DNA from: Proteobacteria bacterium UBA6156
GTDB lineage: Bacteria > Pseudomonadota > Alphaproteobacteria > UBA2136 > UBA6156
DNA: 64,000 nucleotides
Assembly (NCBI GenBank): GCA_002422365.1
Contig: DIUO01000031.1
Span: 11,263-75,262, forward strand
Direction: 5' to 3'
The position numbers and the translations under genes are program-made. The notes beneath the pieces were generated by a model that was given only the letters and a program-made list of their open reading frames with translations, did no database searches and was not told where the DNA came from. Of the stretch, positions 1-8,419 are shown piece by piece; the stretch's first letter is position 1; the number at the start of each line of letters is the position of its first letter.

Positions 1-2
1 CA

Positions 3-170
3 ACTGCCGGGGATGCCCCGCGTGCCCACGTGGACGATGCCGCGATTGTGGCGCGGCTGAAGGCGCGTGAGAACGTGAAGACGCTGGCGGCGTGGGTGGC
101 GGACGTGGAGAATATAGCCAAGACAGAGGCTTATGGGCGCGTGCAGGCGCTGAAGGATAAGTTGGCTTAG
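3..170 (+). CDS. hypothetical protein, C-terminal fragment (gene starts left of window)
   Basis: Hand translation is open from the window edge to TAG 168-170 (...AARLKARENVKTLAAWVADVENIAKTEAYGRVQALKDKLA*). GTG/CTG/GCG codon style matches other + strand genes. No family recognised. Confidence 0.35.
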   Translation, partial: TAGDAPRAHVDDAAIVARLKARENVKTLAAWVADVENIAKTEAYGRVQALKDKLA

Positions 171-293
171 AGCTGCCACGTGAGTTGCCACTTGCTGCGG
201 CAATGGAGTGACAGGGGTGGACTGAAAACAGGCAAGGCGGCTTGAGCAAACCGCGCGAGTTGCGTAGCCTGAACCTAGTAATAGGAGGGCGCC

Positions 294-419
294 ATGGACT
301 ATATAGAACAAGCCTTGCACGAGCTGTTGGACAACCCGCAGGGGAAGGTGGATTTGAAGGCGCTCCCGGCGGCGTTTTTTGATTATTTTGAAGTGACCGA
401 AGAGGAATTGGCGGCGTAA
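294..419 (+). CDS. small hypothetical protein (41 aa)
   Basis: ATG 294 follows AGGAGGG (283-289). Product MDYIEQALHELLDNPQGKVDLKALPAAFFDYFEVTEEELAA*. Stop TAA 417-419 overlaps the next ATG (TAATG). C-terminal DYFE...AA tail is shared with the next ORF. Confidence 0.35.
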   Translation: MDYIEQALHELLDNPQGKVDLKALPAAFFDYFEVTEEELAA

Positions 420-679
420 TGGCATCGAAAGTAACCCTGGGAGCCATGACCGGTGTGACGGGTGCCAAAGTGGTGGCGGCCCAACCGCTGGTGGGGGCCG
501 AGCGGGATGAAATTAGCGAACTGGTGATGCGCCTGAAGCGTGCCGATGAGCGCGTGCGGCGGGTGGAAGCCCTGCCGGACAGGCGCCCCGCCCCGACCAG
601 CGGCGAACTGAAATGGGCCGAAGACTGGAAGCTGCCGCGCGAAGTTTTAGATTATTTTGAGCTGGAACAGGCCGCCTAG
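419..679 (+). CDS. hypothetical protein (86 aa)
   Basis: ORF track 419..679. Start is coupled to the previous stop. Ends ...LPREVLDYFELEQAA*, echoing the C-terminus of ORF 294-419. No family recognised. Confidence 0.45.
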   Translation: MASKVTLGAMTGVTGAKVVAAQPLVGAERDEISELVMRLKRADERVRRVEALPDRRPAPTSGELKWAEDWKLPREVLDYFELEQAA

Positions 680-715
680 GCGTGACCCGTAACCTTTAAC
701 CCTGATTTAACCCTG

Positions 716-1186
716 ATGAAAACCTTTGGCATGTACACCCTGATAAAGCCCGATGATGCGCTGACCGGCAGGATGCCCGCGCCAAGGGTGTATTTAGGCG
801 GCCAAAGCCGGGGGCGGGATTGGCGGAATGATTTCTTCCAGCGGTTTAGCCGCATGGAACTGACGTTTATTAACCCCCGACGCGAGCCTTTTATTGACCC
901 CGAGTTGGAGCCCGCCGCCCATGCCAAGCAAGTGGCGTGGGAGCGGAGTGCGCTGGATGTGGCGGATATTGGGGTGTTTTGGCTGGGTGACGGCCTGAGC
1001 AACCAAGCCGCGCGCGTGGAAATTGGTTACATGCTGGGTGCGCAAAAGCCGGTGCTGCTGGGGGCGCAGCAGGGGTTTATGGGAGTGGAGCATTTGGTGG
1101 GGTTTAGTGGGCTGGTTGTGGCGCCGACGCTGGAGGGGCTGATGAACCGGTTTGCAAGTGTTTTGAGTGGGTTGCAGACGGGGTAG
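716..1186 (+). CDS. nucleoside 2-deoxyribosyltransferase-like protein (tentative)
   Basis: 156 aa. VYLGG..RDWR...FINP...VAWE...DVADIGVFWLG...ARVEIGYMLGAQKPV resembles the Rossmann-like deoxyribosyltransferase-like family. Call is from memory of the motif pattern only. Confidence 0.4.
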   Translation: MKTFGMYTLIKPDDALTGRMPAPRVYLGGQSRGRDWRNDFFQRFSRMELTFINPRREPFIDPELEPAAHAKQVAWERSALDVADIGVFWLGDGLSNQAARVEIGYMLGAQKPVLLGAQQGFMGVEHLVGFSGLVVAPTLEGLMNRFASVLSGLQTG

Positions 1187-1320
1187 ATATTCGGAACCAG
1201 GAATTGGAATTTGGTGAGGCCTTTGGGGCTTTTTTTTATTATTTAGGTGCTTATATTTACAGGGAGTGCTGGGGAGGGGTGGTGCCTGGTGGGAGGTGTG
1301 GCATTTCGTAGAAAAAGATG

Positions 1321-1393
1321 GATCCCGGACAGGAAGCGGGGCCCGGCAAAAAATGAGATTTTTTGCCACCCGCTAACCTTCCGGGATGACGCC
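1321..1393 (+). repeat. short structured repeat (extended hairpin, B-type), copy 1
   Basis: GGATCCCGGACAGGAAGCGGGGCCCGGCAAAAAATGAGATTTTTTGCCACCCGCTAACCTTCCGGGATGACGCC. Outer stem TCCCGGA (1323-1329)/TCCGGGA (1380-1386). Inner stem GGCAAAAAAT/ATTTTTTGCC. Near-identical core to 41550-41609. Confidence 0.85.
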
Positions 1394-1454
1394 AAAACCT
1401 AATGCTGTGCTGGATTGGGGGCAGTTGTTTGCTTTGGATTTGGATGTTTGGAAT

Positions 1455-1649
1455 ATTTACGGGAAGTGCCGAGGATAGGTGAGGGTGGTGCCGGCACGGT
1501 GCATCCCTCTTTGTCTTGGCATTCCGTAGTGGGCATTGAGGGTGGGATAGGTTTTGTCTTGTATATTGGATATCCCGGATCGGGTTGGGGGCCCGCGATT
1601 TGTTCCAAATCGTACCCCGCCGCGTTCCGGGAAAGGTGCCGGGGAGGGG
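1455..1649 (+). repeat. long mosaic repeat element, copy I
   Basis: Starts ATTTACGGGAAGTGCCGAGGATAGGTGAGGGTGGTGCC. Contains the 60-nt hairpin 1573-1632. Ends TTCCGGGAAAGGTGCCGGGGAGGGGT. Alignable by eye with 9013-9255 and 54697-54867. Confidence 0.85.
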
Positions 1650-2156
1650 TTAGGAGCAGACTTTGGCGAGGTTGGCGAGGGCGTGCATGAGGCCGCGGGT
1701 GGAAAAGCTGCTTTCTAGTACAATAGTGCTGAGGATGGGTTGGTAGCGGACGATGAGGTAGGTGTCCTCTTTGAACATGTGGGCGGCGTTTTCGGCGTCG
1801 TAGGCCAGCACGATGTTGAAGCCGCGGCTGGCGCCTTCTATGGGGAGGGGGACGAGGATTTCGGAGACCTCGGCCGTGGGGGGCTGCACCAGCGGGGCGA
1901 TGAAGAGGGCGCGGAGATTGAGGATGTCGCGCTCGGGGATGCCGTCGGTGGTGAGGGTGAACTCGGCCGCGTTGGCGCGGATGGAGCAGGTGCGGGGTTC
2001 GATGAACCATTCGCCATAGGTGAGGGAAGGGGGCGGGCCGGGTTGGTAGGCTGCTGGTTTGGTGCCGCGCGGGGCCTTGGGGGCCGGAGGAGTGGTGGAG
2101 GTGCAGGCCGCAGCCAGCAGCGCTGCGGCGAGCAGCAGGCGGTTTTTGTTGTTCAT
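1650..2156 (-). CDS. lipoprotein, function unknown
   Basis: 168 aa. N-terminus MNNKNRLLLAAALLAAAC is a signal peptide with a lipobox Cys. The overlapping 254-aa ORF 1399..2163 is R/P/H-rich and rejected. Confidence 0.6.
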   Translation of the reverse strand: MNNKNRLLLAAALLAAACTSTTPPAPKAPRGTKPAAYQPGPPPSLTYGEWFIEPRTCSIRANAAEFTLTTDGIPERDILNLRALFIAPLVQPPTAEVSEILVPLPIEGASRGFNIVLAYDAENAAHMFKEDTYLIVRYQPILSTIVLESSFSTRGLMHALANLAKVCS

Positions 2157-2248
2157 GGAGCAAGTATAGGGCGTTACGGCTGAAATTGGAGGGGGTTTAA
2201 GGCCCGTGGGCCTTGACGATTGCCTGCCTTTTGGGCAGGTTGCGCAGC

Positions 2249-3304
2249 ATGAGTACTCTCGGATTTGTCCGTATCGTTCAGCCCACCGCCCCTGTGGCGG
2301 GCGGTTTTGTGCCTTTGCCGGAGATACGGATTGGCAGCCACTTGTTGGAAAATAACACCGTTCTGGCGCCGATGACGGAGATTACCGACCGCCCGACGCG
2401 GTTGCTGAACAAAATTTACGGGGCCGGGCTGGTGGTGAGCGAAATGGTGGCCGCCGAAGGTGTGGTGCGGCAAGCCGCAGTGGCGGCGCAGAAGGCGACC
2501 TTTGACCCGCGCCAGGGTGTGCACAGCGTGCAGATTGTGGGCGGCGACCCTACCAACATGGGTGTGGCGGCGCGGGTGAATGAGCAGGCCGGGGCGGATG
2601 TTATTGACATTAACATGGGTTGCCCGGTGAAAAAGGTGGTGAACTGCATGGCCGGCAGTGCCCTGATGCGCGAGCCGGAGCTGGTGGAGCGGATTGTGGG
2701 CGAGGTGGTGGAAAAGGTGAGTATTCCGGTGACGCTGAAAACGCGCTTGGGCTGGAATGAAGAGATGAAAAACGGCGTGCAGATTGCCCAAATTGCCGAA
2801 AAATGCGGGGTGAAGTTGCTGGCGATACATGGCCGCACGCGGGCGCAGATGTACACCGGCAGTGCCGACTGGGCGGCGATACGGAAGATTAAGGAGGCGG
2901 TGAGTATTCCGGTTTTGGTGAATGGGGATATTCATACGATTGACGATGCGATTGAGGCGCTGCGGCAGAGTGGCTGCGACGGTGTGATGATTGGCCGCGC
3001 GACCCAGGGCAAGCCCTGGCTGCTGGGGCAGGTAGCGCATTACCTGAAGACCGGTGAGCGGCTGCCCGACCCGAGCTTGGAAGAGCAATGCGAAGTGGTG
3101 TGCGAGCATATTGCGCTGGCGGTGGAGCTGTATGGGGAGTTTAGCGGCATTCACCACATGCGCAAGCACGTGGCGGGTTATACCAAGGGATTGGTTGGTG
3201 GCCGTGAGCTGCGGATGAAGCTGAATGAGATGACTGAGGCGGCGGTGATGCAGGAGGGGGTGCGGGCGTTGTTCCGGGGGCAGGAGATGGGTGTTAGGGA
3301 TTAG
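2249..3304 (+). CDS. dusB: tRNA-dihydrouridine synthase B (NifR3 family)
   Basis: ORF 2213..3304, with ATG 2249 chosen. [23 protein letters not shown] and [11 protein letters not shown] motifs are typical of Dus FMN enzymes. Confidence 0.9.
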   Translation: MSTLGFVRIVQPTAPVAGGFVPLPEIRIGSHLLENNTVLAPMTEITDRPTRLLNKIYGAGLVVSEMVAAEGVVRQAAVAAQKATFDPRQGVHSVQIVGGDPTNMGVAARVNEQAGADVIDINMGCPVKKVVNCMAGSALMREPELVERIVGEVVEKVSIPVTLKTRLGWNEEMKNGVQIAQIAEKCGVKLLAIHGRTRAQMYTGSADWAAIRKIKEAVSIPVLVNGDIHTIDDAIEALRQSGCDGVMIGRATQGKPWLLGQVAHYLKTGERLPDPSLEEQCEVVCEHIALAVELYGEFSGIHHMRKHVAGYTKGLVGGRELRMKLNEMTEAAVMQEGVRALFRGQEMGVRD

Positions 3305-3306
3305 GA
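3293..3306 (+). repeat. heptamer pair GTTAGGG-ATTAGGA (GTTAGAR family, weak)
   Basis: Two units. The dusB stop TAG 3302-3304 lies inside the second unit. Confidence 0.3.
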
Positions 3307-3329
3307 AAACCCCGGTGAGCCGGGGTTTT
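3306..3329. terminator. bidirectional intrinsic terminator (dusB / small - strand ORF)
   Basis: AAAACCCCGG-tgag-CCGGGGTTTT. A perfect 10-bp stem with A/T runs on both sides, between convergent genes. Confidence 0.8.
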
Positions 3330-3367
3330 ACAGTTTTCGAAATGTGGACTGATTACTACTCAGACCA

Positions 3368-3574
3368 CTATTGCTTCATCAGTTTGAAGTGAGTGATGGT
3401 AGCGGTTACCAGATCGTAGAGGGTAACCTTCATTTCTTTTGCTGCGATCATCTCGCGAGCATAGAAATTCAGCGCATTGCGGCGTCGCACGTCGTCTGCA
3501 AGAAGGAAAGCCTTGTTATTGAACGCGTCGACTTTGCTGAGCAGCTCGTCGAGGATATCGTTGGAAAAGTCCAT
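3368..3574 (-). CDS. small hypothetical protein (68 aa), AT-rich
   Basis: Internal ATG at 3574 follows AGGAAA. Product MDFSNDILDELLSKVDAFNNKAFLLADDVRRRNALNFYAREMIAAKEMKVTLYDLVTATITHFKLMKQ. Visibly lower GC than its neighbours. No family recognised. Confidence 0.45.
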   Translation of the reverse strand: MDFSNDILDELLSKVDAFNNKAFLLADDVRRRNALNFYAREMIAAKEMKVTLYDLVTATITHFKLMKQ

Positions 3575-3944
3575 AATTTTTTTCCTGTTAAGGTTGTGGT
3601 AATTTTTGGTATACAAATATAGGAGTGATGTCAATAAGTATCTTGCTGGAGGATTAAGCAGCCGAATTTGAGTTCTAAAGGCGCCTGTAAGAATTGGGGT
3701 GGAGGGGGTTTTGAGGTTGGGGACGTTGTGGAAGAGACGCTGTGGGGTGTGGGTAAGTAGGTAAGTGATTGGTAAGATGAAGCTGAAAAATGTGCTTTTG
3801 AAGTGACAGTGGGTGGGGATAAGTTTTTACGATTGTTGCTTGTTGTATACCCAGTGATGGTGGTATAAGCAGATTAGTTGAGGGGCAAGAACACAAGATG
3901 TAGTAGCCCATCCCTTGAACTGCTAGGTTCCATGAAACAGAAAG

Positions 3945-4358
3945 ATGTCTTCGATGACCGCGTCCTCCCTGCCACAGCAAACCCCCCTGCAAGCTTCTTT
4001 GCAAACCCAGAATGCCAGCCAAGCCTTTGGTGCCCAACCCACTTTTGGTGCCCCCCGCCAGCTGAGCCCCCTTTACCGCCAGCGCGCAGAAGCCTTTAAC
4101 GAGAGCCTGCCCGCCACTGTGGACGCCTGCCTGAAGACCTATTTTAAAGACCTGAACGGCATGAGCCCGGCTGCTGGGATGTATGTGAAAGTGATTTCTC
4201 AGGTTGAAAAGCCGCTGATTGAACACGTGCTGCGTTATGTGCGCATTAACCAGGTGCGTGCTGCGAGCATTCTGGGCATCAACCGCAACACGCTGCGGAA
4301 GAAGATCCAGGCGCTGAATATTGATCTCGACAAGTTGATGAGCGATGTGGGTCATTAA
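3945..4358 (+). CDS. Fis-family DNA-binding protein with long N-terminal extension
   Basis: 137 aa. The C-terminus ...YVRINQVRAASILGINRNTLRKKIQALNIDL is a Fis-type HTH. The first ~60 aa are Q/S/P/A-rich. Confidence 0.8.
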   Translation: MSSMTASSLPQQTPLQASLQTQNASQAFGAQPTFGAPRQLSPLYRQRAEAFNESLPATVDACLKTYFKDLNGMSPAAGMYVKVISQVEKPLIEHVLRYVRINQVRAASILGINRNTLRKKIQALNIDLDKLMSDVGH

Positions 4359-4393
4359 GTGAACAGTGAACAGTGAACAGTGAACAGTGAATA
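4359..4393 (+). repeat. heptamer tandem array (GTGAACA)x4 + GTGAATA
   Basis: Counted unit by unit. Begins immediately after the fis-like stop (TAA 4356-4358). Followed by the terminator hairpin 4395-4418. Confidence 0.95.
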
Positions 4394-4394
4394 G

Positions 4395-4418
4395 GGTGCC
4401 CTTAGGGGCGCTTTTTTT
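4395..4418 (+). terminator. intrinsic terminator after fis-like gene
   Basis: GGTGCCC-ttag-GGGCGCT (7 bp including 2 G-U pairs) followed by T7. Confidence 0.6.
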
Positions 4419-4516
4419 GCGTGCGGTATGCGGGTGCTTGTGTGGTGGGCGCGGGGGGTGGCGTTTTGCGGGATTTCTGGCAGAGTGGGCGTTGTTAATG
4501 ACTCGAGGATGACGGC

Positions 4517-7006
4517 TTGGCCGCAAAGACGACGAAACCAAAGGTGACAAAAGCTAAGACAGGGGCACGCAAGGCCTCCGCTGCGGCTGTGGCGGCTGAG
4601 GTGAAGGGTGAGGCTTTCAATACTCCTCGGGCCAAAAAGCAAGAAAGCCGGGCAGGGGTAAGCCCGCGCAGCGAGGCGTTGTTTGAGCCCCTGAGCCATG
4701 ACGACACCATCGCTGCCGTGTGGCCAGTGGCCGGAGACCGCCGCAGCCCCCGGCGCGGGCACCACCCGATTTACCAGTGGCTGCGCTGGGGCTTTGTGGC
4801 CACCGTGGCGCTGCTGCTGCTGGGGCTGGTGGGTGTGATGGTTGTAGCGACCCGGGGCGCAGATTTGAGCGGGCCTGCGTATTTGGCGCTGATTAACATT
4901 AACATTGTGGGGCTGGTGCTGCTGCTGCTGTATGTGGTGAGGCGCGTGGTGGTGATGCTGCTGGACCGCCGTGGGCGGTTGCGCGGGAGCCGCTTGCATT
5001 ACCGGGTGCTGGGGATTTTTGTGTTTCTGGCGGTGCTGCCTGCGGTAGGGGTGGGGAGCACGGCGATTTATTTGCTCAACCAGGGGATTGAAAGCTGGTT
5101 TGCCACCAAAGTGAGTGTGGCGCTGGAAGGGGGGCGCCAGGTAGCGGAAGGGTATTTGAAAGAAAGCGGGCGCGGCCTGCAAGGCGAAGTGCTGGCCATG
5201 AGCCGCGACCCCGCCTGGCAAATGCCAGCGCTGCTGCTGAGCCAAGACACCATGGGCGTGTGGCTGCGCCAGCAGCTTAACCTGAAACAGCTGGAAGAAC
5301 TGGCCGTGGTGGACAGTGATGGCCAGGTGATGGTGAGCGGGAGTGGGTTGCGGTTTTTGATTTTACCCAGTGAGGTGGTGCAGTATTTGCAGAATGCGGA
5401 ATTCCAGCGGGCGAATGGGGGTGTGGTGTGGTCGGAAGTGTTTAGGCAGGCCGATGGGCGCCGCCTGCTGGCGGTGGCACCCCTGAAAGCCGGGCTGTGG
5501 CTGGTGGCGCAGAAGAGCCTGAATAATGAGATGCTGGAGAACATTGGCGCGACGGCCAGTGCCTATAATGATTATGCCGACATGATGGAGCAGCGCAGCC
5601 GGATACGCCACGTGGTGACCCTGTTTATGCTGGTGATGCTGGGCAGCACGGTGACCGCCGCCGTGTGGGCGGGGATAAGATTGGCCAACAAGATTGTGAA
5701 GCCGGTAACCGAGCTGGTGCACGGCACCAACCGTGTGAGTGCGGGTGACCTGACCGTAAGGTTGGAGCCGCGTGACGATGGTGAGCTGGGGGTGCTGACG
5801 CAGGCTTTTAACCGGATGACGGTTCAGCTGGCCAGCAACCGCGATTTGCTGGAGCGCAAAAACAATGAGCTGGATGAGCGCAGGCGCTTTATTGAGGCGA
5901 TTTTGACCGGGGTGAGCGCTGGTGTGGTGGCGGTGGATGATGAAGGATTAGTGCGTGTGGCCAACCAGAGTGCGATTGTCATGCTGAAGCTGACGCTGGG
6001 CACCAAGCTGAGCAAACAGGTGCCCGAATTGGCCGACGTGGTGCAAGACGTGGGGCAGGGCAACCTGATTGGCCGCAGTGTGGTGCAAAAAGAGCTGAAA
6101 GTGACCCTTGCGGAGGGTGATACGCGCACGCTGCTGGTGCGGTTGGTTCCGCAAGGGGCAATTGGGCTGGCGGGGATGCGCGGTGTGGTGCTGACCTTTG
6201 ATGACATTACGCCGCTGATTGGGGCCCAGCGCCTGGCGGCATGGCAAGATGTGGCGCGGCGGCTGGCGCATGAGATTAAGAACCCGCTGACGCCGATTCA
6301 GCTAAGTGCCGAGCGTTTGAAGCGGCGGTATTTGAAGCAGATTGGCACCGATGCGGAGCTGTTTGCGCAGCTGTGCGACACCATAGTGCAGCAAAGCGAA
6401 GAAATGCGGCGCATGACCAATGAATTTAGCGATTTTGCCCGCATGCCGCAGGCGCAAATGCAAGATGAAAACCTGATTGAGCTGGTGGACAGTGTAGTGG
6501 CGTTGCAGCGGGCGCGGGGAGGGATTGAATTTGTAACTGATTACGCCGTGGCGGTGGCGATGGTGAAAGCTGATAAGGGGCAGATAACGCGGGTGTTCAC
6601 GAACCTGCTGGAGAATGCGTACAATGCCATTGCTGAAAGGGAAGGCACAAATGTGCCACAGGGACGGGTCGAAATTGTTGCGAGGGAGCAACAAGCTGGT
6701 ATGCTGTTGCTTGAAATACGCGATAACGGCCGGGGCTTGCCGGACCATGTGGAGGTTGAAAGTTTGTTTGACCCCTATGTGACCACCCGCAAAGGCGGCA
6801 CCGGGCTGGGTTTGGCCATTGTGAAGCGCGTGATGGACGAACACGGCGGCACCGTAAGGCTGCTGCGGCGGAAAGGCGGAGGAACCACGGTTGAGATGGG
6901 GTTCCCGCTCGCTGAACCGACCCTGGCCGCCACCCACGTTGACGCGGGCCATAAGGCCAACAACAAGGAGATAAAGACCGATGAGCCAACCGACGACACC
7001 AGGTAG
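4517..7006 (+). CDS. ntrY: sensor histidine kinase NtrY-like
   Basis: 829-aa ORF starting at TTG 4517 (the true start is uncertain and may be downstream). TM segments, HAMP/PAS region, H-box HEIKNPLTPIQLSAERL, and ATPase motifs DNGRGL and GTGLGLAIV. Confidence 0.85.
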   Translation: MAAKTTKPKVTKAKTGARKASAAAVAAEVKGEAFNTPRAKKQESRAGVSPRSEALFEPLSHDDTIAAVWPVAGDRRSPRRGHHPIYQWLRWGFVATVALLLLGLVGVMVVATRGADLSGPAYLALININIVGLVLLLLYVVRRVVVMLLDRRGRLRGSRLHYRVLGIFVFLAVLPAVGVGSTAIYLLNQGIESWFATKVSVALEGGRQVAEGYLKESGRGLQGEVLAMSRDPAWQMPALLLSQDTMGVWLRQQLNLKQLEELAVVDSDGQVMVSGSGLRFLILPSEVVQYLQNAEFQRANGGVVWSEVFRQADGRRLLAVAPLKAGLWLVAQKSLNNEMLENIGATASAYNDYADMMEQRSRIRHVVTLFMLVMLGSTVTAAVWAGIRLANKIVKPVTELVHGTNRVSAGDLTVRLEPRDDGELGVLTQAFNRMTVQLASNRDLLERKNNELDERRRFIEAILTGVSAGVVAVDDEGLVRVANQSAIVMLKLTLGTKLSKQVPELADVVQDVGQGNLIGRSVVQKELKVTLAEGDTRTLLVRLVPQGAIGLAGMRGVVLTFDDITPLIGAQRLAAWQDVARRLAHEIKNPLTPIQLSAERLKRRYLKQIGTDAELFAQLCDTIVQQSEEMRRMTNEFSDFARMPQAQMQDENLIELVDSVVALQRARGGIEFVTDYAVAVAMVKADKGQITRVFTNLLENAYNAIAEREGTNVPQGRVEIVAREQQAGMLLLEIRDNGRGLPDHVEVESLFDPYVTTRKGGTGLGLAIVKRVMDEHGGTVRLLRRKGGGTTVEMGFPLAEPTLAATHVDAGHKANNKEIKTDEPTDDTR

Positions 7007-8342
7007 CCCCACCACCAGCTATGAACTGCTGATTGTGGATGATGAAGCTGAAGTGCGCACCGCCCTGGCGGGGATTTTGGAAGATGATGGTTATAGCATT
7101 CGGTTTGCCGAAAACGGCGAGCAGGCCCTGCAAGCTGTAACCGACCGCGTGCCGCAACTGGTGCTGCTGGATATTTGGATGGAAGGCATGGACGGCCTGG
7201 AAGTGCTGAGCCGCCTGAAGCGCCGCGTGCCCGACCTGCCGGTGATTATGATTAGCGGCCACGGCACGATTGAAACCGCCGTGCAAGCCACCCAGAAGGG
7301 GGCCTATGACTTTATTGAAAAACCGCCCAGTGTGGAGCGCCTGCTGCTGACCGTGGGCCGTGCCATACGTGAAGCGCAGTTGCGCAAAGAGAACTATCTG
7401 CTGCGTGCCAAGAGTGGCGATGTGCAGGAGCTGCTGGGGGTGTCTTCGGAAATCGCCACCGTGCGCCAGACCGTGAAGCAAGTGAGCCCCGGCGAAAGCC
7501 GTGTGATGATTACGGGCGAGAGCGGCACGGGTAAGGAAATTGTGGCGCGGTTGATTCATAAAGGCAGCCGCCGCACCGACAAGCCCTTTGTGCTGCTGGC
7601 GCCGGGTGCCGTGAGTGAAGGGACGTTTGAGACTGCGCTTTCGACTATCGTGGGCCAAGGCCGGGGTGGGACTCTGTTTTTAGACGAAGTGAGCGACCTG
7701 ACCCCGGCGATGCAAGCCCGGCTGCTGAAGTTTTTGCAGGACGGATTGCTGCCCGATGCTAACACTGGTTTGCCGATTGAGGCGGATGTGCGCGTGATTA
7801 GCAGCACCAACAAGGATTTGAAGCAGCTTGTAGATGGCGGGAAATTCCGCGCGGACTTGTTTTATCGGTTAAGTGTGGTGCCGGTGATGATGCCCAGCTT
7901 GCGCAGCCGCAGCGTGGATATACCCACCCTGGTGCAGCACTTTTTGAAAGTGCTGAGCCCCGATGCCCAAGCCATGCCGAAGATTGCGCCCGCGACCATG
8001 GCGGTGCTGACCAGCTATGAGTGGCCGGGGAATATTCGGCAGCTTAAAAACGTGTGTGAATGGCTGGTGATTATGCACAGCGGCAAATTGGTGAACCCCG
8101 ACATGCTGCCGCCCGAGCTGACCAAAGGCGACGCCGTAGCCGGCAACCTGATGGAAAATGCCGTGAGCATGCCCCTGCGCCAGGCCCGCGAGTTGTTTGA
8201 GAAGAATTATCTGACCAGCCAGCTGATGCGCTTTGGTGGCAATGTGAGCCGTACGGCGGATTTTGTGGGGATGGAGCGGAGTGCGCTGCACCGGAAGCTG
8301 AAGTCTCTGGGCGTTGATGCTCGAATTGAAGGCCCTTTCTAG
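6981..8342 (+). CDS. ntrX: response regulator NtrX-like (receiver + AAA+-like + Fis HTH)
   Basis: LLIVDDE...LLDIWMEGMDG receiver, GESGTGKE Walker A, C-terminal HTH RTADFVGMERSALHRKLKSLG. Overlaps the ntrY end by 26 nt. Confidence 0.85.
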   Translation: MSQPTTPGSPTTSYELLIVDDEAEVRTALAGILEDDGYSIRFAENGEQALQAVTDRVPQLVLLDIWMEGMDGLEVLSRLKRRVPDLPVIMISGHGTIETAVQATQKGAYDFIEKPPSVERLLLTVGRAIREAQLRKENYLLRAKSGDVQELLGVSSEIATVRQTVKQVSPGESRVMITGESGTGKEIVARLIHKGSRRTDKPFVLLAPGAVSEGTFETALSTIVGQGRGGTLFLDEVSDLTPAMQARLLKFLQDGLLPDANTGLPIEADVRVISSTNKDLKQLVDGGKFRADLFYRLSVVPVMMPSLRSRSVDIPTLVQHFLKVLSPDAQAMPKIAPATMAVLTSYEWPGNIRQLKNVCEWLVIMHSGKLVNPDMLPPELTKGDAVAGNLMENAVSMPLRQARELFEKNYLTSQLMRFGGNVSRTADFVGMERSALHRKLKSLGVDARIEGPF

Positions 8343-8350
8343 GCAGATAA

Positions 8351-8378
8351 GTGAACAGGTAACAGTGAACAGTGAACA
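8351..8378 (+). repeat. heptamer tandem array GTGAACA-GGTAACA-GTGAACA-GTGAACA
   Basis: Starts 8 nt after the ntrX stop (TAG 8340-8342). Followed by the terminator hairpin 8382-8403. Confidence 0.9.
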
Positions 8379-8381
8379 GGA

Positions 8382-8403
8382 CTCGCCTACGGCGGGTTTT
8401 GTT
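8382..8403 (+). terminator. intrinsic terminator after ntrX
   Basis: CTCGCC-tac-GGCGGG followed by TTTTGTT. Confidence 0.5.
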
Positions 8404-8419
8404 CTTAAAGGGGGTTAAA

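Noticed and set aside
1-1186. Whether the left end of the window is a prophage or defence-island fragment (small coupled ORFs plus a deoxyribosyltransferase-like gene).
   Set aside because: There are no recognisable phage structural, integrase or defence-system genes. Codon style matches the host, and there is too little sequence to the left. Kept only as a low-interest note on the shared C-terminal motif.
1323-1386. Whether the extended hairpin repeats are ordinary Rho-independent terminators.
   Set aside because: None is followed by a U-tract. One is nested inside another repeat. One lies inside the accB-accC operon and one upstream of a gene. Canonical terminators with T-tracts exist separately elsewhere in the window (for example after murA, glyA and the ankyrin gene). 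A role in RNA stability or processing remains possible.
1415-1690. 91-aa + strand ORF, together with the similar 91-aa ORF 8989..9264, looking like a conserved small-protein family.
   Set aside because: Both simply read through copies of the long mosaic repeat. Their similarity is DNA-repeat similarity. The sequence is dominated by hairpin-forming palindromes, there is no RBS, and the third copy (54697-54867) is not open in the same frame.
2174-3169. 331-aa - strand ORF antisense to dusB. It represents a class of long antisense ORFs, including 4355..5245, 15014..16858 (614 aa), 24908..26098, 28572..30224 (550 aa), 31884..33116, 36504..37961 (485 aa), 39187..40377, 46206..47186 and 52250..54427 (725 aa).
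   Set aside because: Each lies opposite a gene with clear family motifs. Their products are R/H/P/Q/G-rich low-complexity strings with no motifs. They are the expected by-product of a GC-rich, strongly skewed sequence with few stop codons in antisense frames.
4359-4393. Whether the heptamer arrays could be CRISPR arrays.
   Set aside because: The units are 7 nt and directly abutting with no spacers. The arrays are only 14-42 nt long, and no cas genes are present.
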